Source: a virus
Reading direction: 5' to 3' (one strand)
IMG/VR virus record: IMGVR_UViG_3300045988_151782
Location: 1 to 39,874 of that record
Length of the DNA stretch: 39,874 bases
Shown in pieces: positions 15,701 through 24,307 of this stretch (position 1 is its first letter; every line of letters starts with the position of its first letter). A program made the position numbers and the translations under genes. The notes under the pieces are model-generated. The model had not been told where the DNA came from. It saw only the letters and a program-made list of their open reading frames with translations, and made no database searches.

Positions 15701-15898
15701 ATGAAAGTAAACATCGAATCGGAACGCGCCAGAAATAACTTAACAAAGCAGTCGATTTCCGCCAAACTCGGTATTTCTTCCAAGACTTATTGGAACTACA
15801 TCAACGGCCATACTCCCATTCCATCAGATGTCCTTCTTTCCCTGTCAGATATGTTCCATTGTTCAACGGACTATCTTCTGGAGGATGACGCAAGCTGA
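15701..15898 (+). CDS. XRE-family HTH protein (Cro-like)
   Basis: 65 aa: LTKQSISAKLGISSKTYWNYINGHTPIP. The SD is GAGGAGG. Confidence 0.8.
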   Translation: MKVNIESERARNNLTKQSISAKLGISSKTYWNYINGHTPIPSDVLLSLSDMFHCSTDYLLEDDAS

Positions 15899-16083
15899 CC
15901 CGGGAAATGCGTGGCAAAAAGGAAAGCGCCCCAGCGGTGCAACGCTGAGACGCTTCCTGCGGAGATGTTTTCGCTGCGGTGAATCTTTCACATTACGGTA
16001 TGGTCGCCGGGTCGTGAAAAGCGGTTGCACCCACTTTAGACATCGCAAACCAGAGGCGAGGCTCCGCACCTTTGCCCCTCTGG

Positions 16084-16158
16084 TTACACCGCCTGGTCTA
16101 GCAATGCGCGAAAATGGCGGCGTGTCATAAGGGAAACGCTCGTAAAGAGCTTGTCCAT
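16084..16158 (-). CDS. Possible 24-aa small ORF
   Basis: GAGAGGAGG lies 8 nt before the ATG. Translation: MDKLFTSVSLMTRRHFRALLDQAV. It is followed by the hairpin AACCAGAGG...CCTCTGGTT. There is no other support. Confidence 0.2.
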   Translation of the reverse strand: MDKLFTSVSLMTRRHFRALLDQAV

Positions 16159-16268
16159 CTGATACGCCTCCTCTCTTTCCCGTGAGGGGGAATGACCGAG
16201 AGTGCCGCGCACGGCATATTCACTTTACCACGCATTTCCCGTTTAGGCAAATAATTTCCTACCAGCAC

Positions 16269-16586
16269 CTAGGGCAATGGGTGCCCGTCAATCCCCACCA
16301 CAAGAGAGGTAATGACCGCACAGGCAACAATCATCCCGGCGACCCTGAAAAGCAGTCTGGCGATAGGCACAGGTTCGTCGTCAGCGGAATGATCTAAATT
16401 ACTGGTGCATGCAGTGCCAACTGTATGTAGAATCCCCGCAAAGAATGTGGAAATCACCACAGTTACCAACCCTTCCAGCGTCCGATACACCATCCAATCA
16501 ATGCCCAAATCATAGCACGTCAATACCCATCCAAGTGGGATATATTGGGCAAACTCTCTCAATATCCCAGCTATTCTTTTCTTCAC
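16269..16586 (-). CDS. Membrane protein
   Basis: 105 aa, GTG start, several hydrophobic helices, ends in TAG. Confidence 0.55.
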   Translation of the reverse strand: MKKRIAGILREFAQYIPLGWVLTCYDLGIDWMVYRTLEGLVTVVISTFFAGILHTVGTACTSNLDHSADDEPVPIARLLFRVAGMIVACAVITSLVVGIDGHPLP

Positions 16587-16611
16587 AATATCACCCTTTC
16601 AAGGAGGCCTT

Positions 16612-16833
16612 ATGTTATTTCGCAGAAAGACCCTGCCGGACGGCTCCGCGCGTATCGACCCCGATCACGCGCAGATCGACATGCTGGACAAATGGCACCA
16701 GCAGGAAAGCGCGTGGGCGGCCGGTTACATCCAGCTATTGGAGCGGCACCTTGCAGAGCGAATAGAGCGTTGCCAGAAGTGCCCCTACCGAAACAAGGAG
16801 GGTAGCGGATGTAATGACCAGATTCCTGACTGA
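16612..16833 (+). CDS. Hypothetical protein
   Basis: 73 aa with AAGGAGG 5 nt before the ATG. Confidence 0.6.
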   Translation: MLFRRKTLPDGSARIDPDHAQIDMLDKWHQQESAWAAGYIQLLERHLAERIERCQKCPYRNKEGSGCNDQIPD

Positions 16834-16998
16834 ATCCCGGCACTGCCGGACATAGGAGAACGCCTCGGGATTTGGGAAGAACAACACTCCATTCACCTCT
16901 ACATAGGAGTGATTCGCCAGATTCAAAAGTACGCTGCGGTCGGGGCACTTCTTCCAGTGCTGCTTGATCTCCGCATAGGAGACCCACCGCTCCCCCAT
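16735..16998 (-). CDS. Hypothetical protein (start uncertain)
   Basis: It fills a ~390-nt gap without plus-strand ORFs. The translation MGERWVSYAEIKQHWKKCPDRSVLLNLANHSYVEVNGVLFFPNPEAF looks protein-like. There is no clear SD, and the 3' end overlaps the convergent ORF by ~100 nt. Confidence 0.3.
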   Translation of the reverse strand: MGERWVSYAEIKQHWKKCPDRSVLLNLANHSYVEVNGVLFFPNPEAFSYVRQCRDSVRNLVITSATLLVSVGALLATLYSLCKVPLQ

Positions 16999-17092
16999 GG
17001 ACAGCTTGCACACGGTTTTTAGGAATTTGTATTGTGCATCCACGACTTTCCACAACCTTCCACCATATTGTACACCAGCAACCACGACAAGC

Positions 17093-17135
17093 GAAAAAAG
17101 ATGCCCCGCCAGGTGTTGGCCGCGCCTGGCGGGGC
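17093..17135 (-). terminator. Rho-independent terminator on the minus strand
   Basis: GCCCCGCCAGG-11 nt-CCTGGCGGGGC followed by ATCTTTTTTCG on the minus strand. Confidence 0.6.
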
Positions 17136-17224
17136 GGCGGAAGCCTATTGACCAACCCAACAGGCCCGCAGGATGATTTTACCACATCCTCCTGCCGGGC
17201 ACAAGACAAGGAGGATGATTTTTT

Positions 17225-17425
17225 ATGGAACGAAACTTCAAAGATGTGGTAGAGAACATCCGCGGCGCGGAGAAGGACGTGGACAAGGTTCTGAACGCCG
17301 CCCGTCTGGAGCGGCATGAAGGCCCAACCCGGCATATGACCGGGGAGCAGAAATTGATCCTGCTGCTGTCCCTGATCGCCGCCGGAACGTTTCTGACCCT
17401 GCTGCTCGCCCCCATACTGTTATAG
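17225..17425 (+). CDS. Small protein with C-terminal transmembrane helix
   Basis: 66 aa with the SD AAGGAGGA; ends in TAG. Confidence 0.6.
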   Translation: MERNFKDVVENIRGAEKDVDKVLNAARLERHEGPTRHMTGEQKLILLLSLIAAGTFLTLLLAPILL

Positions 17426-17437
17426 AAGGAGGACCCC

Positions 17438-17641
17438 ATGGAAAACAAATACTACCGTGACAATCTGGCCGCGATTCTGGAATTTACCGGAGGCCGGCAC
17501 CTGCTGGGCTATGGAGATATCTATAGATACACCGGCCTCAAAGACCACCGGGCTATCCGCAAGCGCTACCCGCTCAACAAGGACGGCACCATCACCGCGG
17601 AAACCCTGGCCCGCCGTCTGTGCGAGGGGGCCAGATCATGA
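17438..17641 (+). CDS. Hypothetical small protein (possible HTH/excisionase-like)
   Basis: 67 aa with the SD GAAGGAGG. Confidence 0.55.
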   Translation: MENKYYRDNLAAILEFTGGRHLLGYGDIYRYTGLKDHRAIRKRYPLNKDGTITAETLARRLCEGARS

Positions 17642-17733
17642 ACTGGTTTTTAACCGCTGCGCTCGCAGCCATCGGCGCCTGGAAGGCCACCGAATGGATA
17701 TTCCGCCTGGTAGATCAACTGGAGGGCCGGTAA
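17638..17733 (+). CDS. 31-aa hydrophobic peptide
   Basis: ATGA coupling to the previous ORF. Translation: MNWFLTAALAAIGAWKATEWIFRLVDQLEGR. The next ATG abuts its TAA. Confidence 0.4.
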   Translation: MNWFLTAALAAIGAWKATEWIFRLVDQLEGR

Positions 17734-17916
17734 ATGAACATTGGGGACAAGCTCCGCCGCCCGTTGGAGCTGGACACGACCTATTGGGGCTCCACGGATG
17801 GCCGCCTGTACCCCTGCGAGGTGGTCTACATCCACCCAAAAGGCCGCTATTACACCGTGGAATTTGACTTCCACGGGACAAAAATCCGTCAGAGTTTCCA
17901 GGAGGGATTTGATTGA
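17734..17916 (+). CDS. Hypothetical protein
   Basis: 60-aa ORF, translationally coupled on both sides. Confidence 0.5.
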   Translation: MNIGDKLRRPLELDTTYWGSTDGRLYPCEVVYIHPKGRYYTVEFDFHGTKIRQSFQEGFD

Positions 17917-18401
17917 AAACATTGTTTACATATCTGTTCGCCGCCGGTCTGCTGGCCGTCTGTCTGCTGGGCTTCCTGTCTATGCCTGTGGACGCAGAGC
18001 GGCAGCCCAAAGCTATCATGCCGGAGATCACGTTGGACGAGCTGGAGGCCGCAGAGAATGAGCTTATTGAGGCCGCGCTGTTGGCCCGCTCAACCAAACT
18101 GGAGGACGTGACCATCACCTTCTACTGCTGCGAGGAACGTCCACACATCTGTGGGACAGGCTCCGGCATCACTGCCAGCGGACGGCGTGTGACTCCGTAT
18201 GTTAGCTGCGCTGTAGACCCTGCCGTGATTCCACTGGGCAGCACCATCATGATCGAGCACAACGGCGAAATGTTGTATCTGCGGGCGGACGATACCGGCC
18301 CTGCTATCCAGGGAGACAGGCTGGACATTGCGGTACAAGGTCACCAGGAGGCGTTATCTTTAGGCGTGAAAACGGCTGATATTTGGTGGTGCGAGGAATG
18401 A
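17913..18401 (+). CDS. Secreted 3D-domain (MltA/RlpA-like double-psi barrel) protein
   Basis: TTG start 6 nt after GGAGGG. It has a signal-peptide-like N-terminus. ...TASGRRVTPYVSCAVDPAVIPLGSTIMIE...LRADDTGPAIQGDRLDI resembles 3D domains. Confidence 0.65.
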   Translation: MKTLFTYLFAAGLLAVCLLGFLSMPVDAERQPKAIMPEITLDELEAAENELIEAALLARSTKLEDVTITFYCCEERPHICGTGSGITASGRRVTPYVSCAVDPAVIPLGSTIMIEHNGEMLYLRADDTGPAIQGDRLDIAVQGHQEALSLGVKTADIWWCEE

Positions 18402-18416
18402 GAGGAGGCCAAATGC

Positions 18417-18734
18417 GTGTACTATTGCGAACTCTGCGGCACGTTTTTCGATAAGCCGCACATCCGAACATATAAAGACCCCACGGTGGACCCCAGGGCA
18501 GAATTCCAAGAGGTTGTCTGCCCGGTCTGCCTGGAACCCCACATCGAAGAGGCGGCCTTCTGTCCCGCCTGCGACCAGCCTATGCCGGTGGGGCCTGTGC
18601 TCTGTGAGAGCTGCCGCATGTCTTTGAAGCGGCGGGTGACAGAATTTTTTGATACCCTCACGGCTGAGGAAGAGCAGCAGTTTGACACCTGGATGGAGGG
18701 CTGCAGCATCACGGAGAGGAGGGCGTTCCCATGA
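18417..18734 (+). CDS. Zinc-ribbon protein
   Basis: GTG start 8 nt after GGAGG. Four CxxC pairs: CELC, CPVC, CPAC, CESC. Confidence 0.6.
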   Translation: MYYCELCGTFFDKPHIRTYKDPTVDPRAEFQEVVCPVCLEPHIEEAAFCPACDQPMPVGPVLCESCRMSLKRRVTEFFDTLTAEEEQQFDTWMEGCSITERRAFP

Positions 18735-19303
18735 TTCAATTTCATGAGGCATCCCATACCTATACGCTGGATGGCGTGGACCTCCCCAGCGTCACCCATA
18801 TCTGCCGCTTCCTAGCCTATGACTACAAATCGGACAAGCCATGGCTCGCGGAGGCAGCGGCCCAGCGTGGGAATGCGGTCCACGAGGCCTGCGCCCTGAT
18901 TGACTACGGCGAAGAGCCGGAGGAATCCGCGCAGATCGCCGGGTATCTTAACGCCTATCGGCGGTTTTTGAAGGACTACCGGCCGGATTGGGAGCTGATC
19001 GAGCACCCTATGGGAACTTTGGAGCTTGGCTACGCCGGGACTCTGGACCGGTATGGAACCCTCTATGACGGGCGCACCTGCATCCTGGATATCAAGACCG
19101 GGCAGCTTTACGGCGCCGCGCTCCGGGCCCAACTGACGGCCTATCAAGCGCTCCTTCCGCCACGATATCACTGTACACACCTCTACGCCTTAAAACTCAG
19201 CGCAGACGGCACCTATCAGCTGCGGGAAGTCCCGGCGGACCGGGCCCTGCTGGATGCCTGTTTGTTTATGAACAACGCCACCGAAAGGAAGAAACGCACA
19301 TGA
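18731..19303 (+). CDS. PD-(D/E)XK exonuclease (Cas4/RecB-like)
   Basis: 190 aa with ...GTLDRYG...CILDIKTGQ (D...D-x-K), upstream of an annealing protein and SSB. Confidence 0.7.
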   Translation: MIQFHEASHTYTLDGVDLPSVTHICRFLAYDYKSDKPWLAEAAAQRGNAVHEACALIDYGEEPEESAQIAGYLNAYRRFLKDYRPDWELIEHPMGTLELGYAGTLDRYGTLYDGRTCILDIKTGQLYGAALRAQLTAYQALLPPRYHCTHLYALKLSADGTYQLREVPADRALLDACLFMNNATERKKRT

Positions 19304-20019
19304 GTGAGGAATTGATGCTTTATAGTTACAGCGCATCTCCGCTGGCTGTCCAGAAAAAGCCCCACACCGGGGATTATGAGATATCTGTCTTCGGCGGCGC
19401 TCCGGCCACCTTGCGGCGGGGCGTGGACTTCGGCATGATTCGACGGAAGGACGGCAGTGCCCAGACCAAGCACCCAACGCTCTTTAAGGCCGGCGCGGAA
19501 AAGGTAGCCGTGGCCTATGGCCTGTGCCAGAGATACCACATGGAGAGCAAGCTGGAAGACGCGGAGAGCGGGTTCTTTTTCTACGCCGTCCGCTGCGACC
19601 TGGTCAAGATCGTGGACGGGCGGGAGTATACCATCACCAGCTCCTACGGCTCTGCTAACACCCGGGAAGGCCGCAACGGACGGCAGTCCCCCTTTGATGG
19701 CGCAAACAGCGCCCTAAAGATGGCCCAGAAGCGGGCCCTGGTCTCTGCGGCGCTGTCTCTTGGCTGTATGTCCGACAGCTTCACCCAGGACGTGGAGAGC
19801 GACACGGAGGACGCCAGCGCCTACTTCAACGCCAAAAATCCGGAATTTCCCATCTCCCCCGCCCAGGTGAAGTTCTTCTATGCCGCCGCTGGGCGGCACG
19901 GACTGACCAAGCAAGACGCCAAAGCGCTGCTGAAGAAATACGGTTATTCCAGTGCCAAAGACATCCTGACAAAGGATTTTGATATTATCTTGGAGGAATT
20001 GGAGGGTGCCGATGCTTAA
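19300..20019 (+). CDS. Putative single-strand annealing protein (recombinase)
   Basis: 239 aa, located between the exonuclease and SSB. ...ALKMAQKRALVSAALSLG resembles SSAP motifs. The family was not resolved. Confidence 0.5.
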   Translation: MSEELMLYSYSASPLAVQKKPHTGDYEISVFGGAPATLRRGVDFGMIRRKDGSAQTKHPTLFKAGAEKVAVAYGLCQRYHMESKLEDAESGFFFYAVRCDLVKIVDGREYTITSSYGSANTREGRNGRQSPFDGANSALKMAQKRALVSAALSLGCMSDSFTQDVESDTEDASAYFNAKNPEFPISPAQVKFFYAAAGRHGLTKQDAKALLKKYGYSSAKDILTKDFDIILEELEGADA

Positions 20020-20428
20020 CCATATTACACTCATGGGCCGCCTGACCCGTGACCCGGAGCTGCGCCGCACCCAGAGCGGCACCGCTGTTACATCTTTCAC
20101 CCTGGCCGTGGACCGGGACTTCAAGTCTCAGTTCGGCGAGAAGGAGACGGACTTTATTGATATTGTTGTCTGGCGCTCTACCGCTGAGTTTGTCAGTAAG
20201 TACTTCTCCAAAGGCCGCATGGCTGTTGTGGAGGGCCGCCTGCAAATCCGGGACTGGACGGACAAGGACGGCGGCAAGCGCCGCAGCGCCGAGGTGATCG
20301 CGAATAACGTCTACTTTGGGGGTTCCAAGAAAGATGATCAGGGCTCCCGTCCTGTCTCCCGCGGTGTGGACGTCTCCGCCTCTGACTTCGCAGAGATCAG
20401 CGAGGAAGACGGCGAGCTGCCGTTCTAA
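20012..20428 (+). CDS. ssb: Single-stranded DNA-binding protein
   Basis: MLNHITLMGRLTRDPELRRTQSGTAVTSFTLAV... is an OB fold, and the acidic tail ends DGELPF. Confidence 0.9.
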   Translation: MLNHITLMGRLTRDPELRRTQSGTAVTSFTLAVDRDFKSQFGEKETDFIDIVVWRSTAEFVSKYFSKGRMAVVEGRLQIRDWTDKDGGKRRSAEVIANNVYFGGSKKDDQGSRPVSRGVDVSASDFAEISEEDGELPF

Positions 20429-20443
20429 ATTGAGGAGGCTTTT

Positions 20444-21118
20444 ATGGATCGAAAACAATTTACGTTCTATGCCTCTTTCTATCAAGCGATTTCCCGCATT
20501 AAAAACAAGGCCGCCCGATGTGACGCTTATGACGCCATCTGTGCCTACGCCATCACGGGACAGCTCCCGGACCTGGATCAGGTTACAGACGCCGCCGCCA
20601 TCGCTTTTGAACTATGCAGACCAAATCTGGATGCAAGCAGGCGTAAAGCAGAGGCTGGAAAATCCGGCGGAAAGTCCAAGCAAACCGGAAGCAAACCGAA
20701 AGCAGAAACAAAGCAAGAGCAAATAGCAAGCGAGAAAGAGAATGAGATAGAGAGTGAGAATGAGAATGAGATAGAGAACGAATGTTATTCCCCTTCCCCC
20801 TTACCGCCGCCGGATGAAGCAGCGTCCGTTTTGGCTGATTACCTGAACCGGGTGAACCCATCCGCGTCCCCGTCCTCCCTTGACGAACTGCGCGGGTTTG
20901 CAGAAGTCATGGGCGCAGAAGTATGCCGCAGGGCCTTTGACATCGCTCTGGACAGCAAAGCGGCCACATGGCCGTATATCCGCAAAATACTGCAGGACAA
21001 GCAATCGCGCGGCGTCCGGTGCCTTGCGGATTGGGATGCACTGGAGAAAAAGCGGGAATCCGAAAAGAAGTCCTCAGCGGAGAGCGTGAATAAAAGCGCA
21101 TGGGGGTATGTGAAATGA
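20444..21118 (+). CDS. Replisome organiser / DnaD-like replication protein
   Basis: 224 aa. The C-terminal ...TWPYIRKILQDKQSRGVRCLADW is DnaD/DnaB_2-like. The central linker is an acidic repeat. Confidence 0.65.
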   Translation: MDRKQFTFYASFYQAISRIKNKAARCDAYDAICAYAITGQLPDLDQVTDAAAIAFELCRPNLDASRRKAEAGKSGGKSKQTGSKPKAETKQEQIASEKENEIESENENEIENECYSPSPLPPPDEAASVLADYLNRVNPSASPSSLDELRGFAEVMGAEVCRRAFDIALDSKAATWPYIRKILQDKQSRGVRCLADWDALEKKRESEKKSSAESVNKSAWGYVK

Positions 21119-21495
21119 AATTTACCATCCCCTACCCGCCCACAAAGCGGGAAAAGGCGGCGTGGAACAAGCGATACGGCCTGAATGCCTACTACGCCGG
21201 AAAGCATTGGTCACAGCGCCGGCGGGACGCTGAGGAGTTACATACCCTGGCCCAGTGGGCCATGAAATGCGCCCATATCCGGCGGCGGATGGTCAGCGGG
21301 CCGGTAGAGATCACGTTCCGCTGGAACGACGGCCTGGACATTGATAACCACGCGGCGCTGGGAAAGGCGTTTGTGGACGCCATGAAGGGCTATCTGCTCC
21401 CGGACGATAATCGGGAATGGGTCAAGCGAGTCTCCCACGAGTTTTGGGATGGCGACGCTATCCAGGTGGAGGTGACGGCATATCATGACAAGTAA
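21115..21495 (+). CDS. rusA: RusA-like Holliday junction resolvase
   Basis: 126 aa with ATGA coupling; ...WNDGLDIDNHAALGKAFVDAMKG... Confidence 0.7.
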   Translation: MKFTIPYPPTKREKAAWNKRYGLNAYYAGKHWSQRRRDAEELHTLAQWAMKCAHIRRRMVSGPVEITFRWNDGLDIDNHAALGKAFVDAMKGYLLPDDNREWVKRVSHEFWDGDAIQVEVTAYHDK

Positions 21496-21814
21496 AACGC
21501 TGCTGCGGCTGATCGAAATGGCGCGGGACGGATGCACAGACAGAGAGATCGGAAAAGCGGTGGGCGCTGCCCCATCGACGGTCAGCTACTACAGGAAGAA
21601 GGCTGGCATAGACAGAACCCGTGGCCAAGCATGCCGCACCCTGTACGCGCTCTACGACCGGGATGGGCAGTACCTGTTTGAAGGCAACGTGAAGGAATGC
21701 GCAAATTTCCTGGAAATTCAGGAGCACACGGTCCGGGAATATCTGTCCAGATTCCGCGCCGGAAAGAAAACGCCTGTTGAGATTTACGCAGAGCCATTCA
21801 GGAGGATGACATGA
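21485..21814 (+). CDS. HTH DNA-binding protein
   Basis: 109 aa; TDREIGKAVGAAPSTVSYYRKKAG. Confidence 0.55.
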   Translation: MTSKTLLRLIEMARDGCTDREIGKAVGAAPSTVSYYRKKAGIDRTRGQACRTLYALYDRDGQYLFEGNVKECANFLEIQEHTVREYLSRFRAGKKTPVEIYAEPFRRMT

Positions 21815-22113
21815 CAGATGAAAGACGCGCCCTCTTGGGCGACCACGAGGCGGCGAAGCGGCTGACGGATGCTGGGGTGCTGCTGCCGTGTATGTGTGGC
21901 GGAAAAGCCGGAATTGTTTGTTTTGAAAAGCGCGGAGCTCCGTCTGGAGATATGGGATATTTGGCATCAATTAAATGCCGGGATTGCTGGATGGAACTGA
22001 GACGGTGGGCGTTGAAAAAGAAGTGGGCAAAGGATTCAGCCCGCCTCGCCTGGAACGCTCGCGCGCCGATCCTGAGCGCGGAAGAGCTTGAGATGTTGGA
22101 GGGGATGGAATAA
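21811..22113 (+). CDS. Lar-like (restriction alleviation family) small Cys protein
   Basis: 100 aa with AGGAGG upstream; LLPCMCGGKA...KCRDCW. The family assignment is from memory. Confidence 0.45.
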   Translation: MTDERRALLGDHEAAKRLTDAGVLLPCMCGGKAGIVCFEKRGAPSGDMGYLASIKCRDCWMELRRWALKKKWAKDSARLAWNARAPILSAEELEMLEGME

Positions 22114-22277
22114 TGGCGCAAAGTATGATGCGAGTAACTAAAAAAGACATTTTAGAAATGCTTAAGAGTTACGATGACAAAGATTTTGTTGGCGTTATCT
22201 TTGAAGCACAGGACGGGAAAGAAAGCCCCTGCCATCAAGTTCTTGTGTTTTTCCATGCGATGGAAAACATTTGCTGA
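22113..22277 (+). CDS. Hypothetical 54-aa protein
   Basis: TAATG coupling. Translation starts MAQSMMRVTKKDILEMLKSYDDKDFVGVIFEAQDGKES... It lies in an AT-richer segment. Confidence 0.45.
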   Translation: MAQSMMRVTKKDILEMLKSYDDKDFVGVIFEAQDGKESPCHQVLVFFHAMENIC

Positions 22278-22290
22278 AAGGAGGTCAGCA

Positions 22291-22539
22291 ATGAGCATGG
22301 GAGAATATGTTGACATTGGAGAACCAGCCTTGCAAATCAAAACAGACGAGGATGGAAACACTGTAGCCTCTGCAACGATACAGGCGGTTGTCCTCTGGAA
22401 AGAAGATATCAAAAACCACATCATGGACGAGATCATCAAGATGTGCAAGGAGCACGGAATTACGGACCTGTATGTGCTGAACCGGGATTTCATCCTGTCG
22501 GCTATCAAGGAGAAGATGGAAAAGGAGGCCCACCAATGA
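22291..22539 (+). CDS. Hypothetical protein
   Basis: 82 aa with AAAGGAGG 6 nt before the ATG. Confidence 0.6.
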   Translation: MSMGEYVDIGEPALQIKTDEDGNTVASATIQAVVLWKEDIKNHIMDEIIKMCKEHGITDLYVLNRDFILSAIKEKMEKEAHQ

Positions 22540-22910
22540 CGCGGGAAGAAGCTGCCATCAAAAGCTGTGAGGATAGAATCAAGCACCTGAAAAGCGCGCC
22601 AACTCACCATTATGGGAAACGGCAGCGGGAAAGAGCCATTGAGCTGGAAAAGGTAAAAATAAAGGCTCTCCGCCCCGTCAGACGGGAGACGGTGGAGCGA
22701 ATGCGGGGGAAGTGGATTAAGCCGCATTGGAAGAATAACACAAGCTGTGCTGTATGTTCACAATGTGGATTTGAGGCGCATCACCATGAGTATCACGGAG
22801 TTCAAGATACCTATTTGTTTTGTCCGCGTTGCATGGCTCCCATGACGGACGAGGCAGTAGAAATGGTGATGGAGAGATTGGAGGCGCTGAAAGATGGCAA
22901 GGGCGATTGA
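22536..22910 (+). CDS. Hypothetical zinc-ribbon protein
   Basis: 124 aa with ATGA coupling; CAVCSQCG...CPRC. Confidence 0.6.
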   Translation: MTREEAAIKSCEDRIKHLKSAPTHHYGKRQRERAIELEKVKIKALRPVRRETVERMRGKWIKPHWKNNTSCAVCSQCGFEAHHHEYHGVQDTYLFCPRCMAPMTDEAVEMVMERLEALKDGKGD

Positions 22911-23277
22911 TTTAGATAAGGCAATTGAAATTATTGAGGAGAAGCAGAAAGAGCTTTGCCCTGTTGGTAGATATGGGAGAAATTATGTCTATGGCTCTGA
23001 CCGGGAAAAATATGATGATTGGGAAGAAATTATTGATGCTTTGGAGCATTTGTCCACCCTCACCCCGCCGAACGAGCCGCTAACGCTGGAAGAACTGCGG
23101 GAGATGGACGGGGAGCCGGTTTGGGTAGACGACGAAAAAACCTGGGCGATTTTGCAAGTTTGGGATGATCAAAATATTGACGCAGTTTTTCCAATACAAA
23201 GAGGATGTTTCCGAGCAGAAAGTGTGCTTGGAATGAAGATTTACCGCCGCCCGCCGGAGGGAGAGGAGTACACCTGA
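22894..23277 (+). CDS. Hypothetical protein
   Basis: 127-aa ORF in the early operon. Confidence 0.55.
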   Translation: MARAIDLDKAIEIIEEKQKELCPVGRYGRNYVYGSDREKYDDWEEIIDALEHLSTLTPPNEPLTLEELREMDGEPVWVDDEKTWAILQVWDDQNIDAVFPIQRGCFRAESVLGMKIYRRPPEGEEYT

Positions 23278-23570
23278 TGGACTACGAAAAGCTTGTGGCT
23301 GACTTAAGAGATTGGTTGCCACCGGAAAGAGAGAAAATCCCATACGGAGAACTAGTCGGCGCGCCATATCCATACAACCTGCAAGGTCCATTGGTGTATT
23401 CTGATGGGGTATGTAACTTAGTGGAAGAAGCTGCGGATGCTATCACTGCCCTGCTGGATGAAAACGCTAGACTGAAAAACAGGAAATCAATGTGGAGGAA
23501 ACTGTTGGAGGCGATTAAAAGCGCCTTTGGCTGGAGGGACAAAGGAGAGGAGAACCCTGATGGACATTGA
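23277..23570 (+). CDS. Hypothetical protein
   Basis: 97 aa with TGATG coupling. Confidence 0.55.
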   Translation: MDYEKLVADLRDWLPPEREKIPYGELVGAPYPYNLQGPLVYSDGVCNLVEEAADAITALLDENARLKNRKSMWRKLLEAIKSAFGWRDKGEENPDGH

Positions 23571-24006
23571 GAAGCTGATTGAGCGGCTGCGAACCGAAAG
23601 CCTGTACAAGGACAAGGCAACACTGGAAATCATGGATTTGTGTATGGAGGCGGCTGACGCCCTCTCCACGCTCCAGGCCGAAAACGAAGAACTCAAAGAA
23701 AAACTCTATGACGGCGAAGGAGTAAATCTTGTTGATTACTGGATGCAGCAGGCTAAGATCGAGGAGAACGGGCATAGAAACTGTCAGGCCGAGCTGGAAC
23801 AGGCCCGGACAGAAATTACCCATTTGAAGCACTACGAGGACAAATGCCATGACTGTCCCATCGTCTGTGCCAAAACGGAAATCATCAAGGCGCACGAGGA
23901 GTTGGAAGCGGTACAAGCCGAGCTGGAACGGGTGAAGCGGGAGAATGAAACCCTAAAACATGCATTACAAAATTGGCACGAGGAGGATGAGCATGAGGCT
24001 GATTGA
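23560..24006 (+). CDS. Coiled-coil hypothetical protein
   Basis: 148 aa, E/K/L-rich. Confidence 0.55.
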   Translation: MDIEKLIERLRTESLYKDKATLEIMDLCMEAADALSTLQAENEELKEKLYDGEGVNLVDYWMQQAKIEENGHRNCQAELEQARTEITHLKHYEDKCHDCPIVCAKTEIIKAHEELEAVQAELERVKRENETLKHALQNWHEEDEHEAD

Positions 24007-24307
24007 TGTTGATGCATTGCCAAACTATAAGTTAATAGGGACAATGGCATTGGGGAGCGAAAGAAGCCCTGCTGAACTAAGAATAGTTTTATGGGAAGAT
24101 ATTAAATCTATGCCCACCATCGACGCCGTGCCTGTGGTCAGGTGCAAAAATTGCAAGCACTTCAACCTCCAAACGCATGAGTGCGAAAACGAATCGCTTT
24201 CAACTGACCATGAGGGCGGAGCTTCATACAGCCTTAATTTTTATGATGATGACTTTTGTTCTTATGGAGAATGGAGGGAGGCCGCCCATGAAGTTTCGGA
24301 ACCCTGA
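23993..24307 (+). CDS. Hypothetical protein
   Basis: 104 aa with GAGGAGG 7 nt upstream; starts MRLIDVDAL. Confidence 0.55.
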   Translation: MRLIDVDALPNYKLIGTMALGSERSPAELRIVLWEDIKSMPTIDAVPVVRCKNCKHFNLQTHECENESLSTDHEGGASYSLNFYDDDFCSYGEWREAAHEVSEP

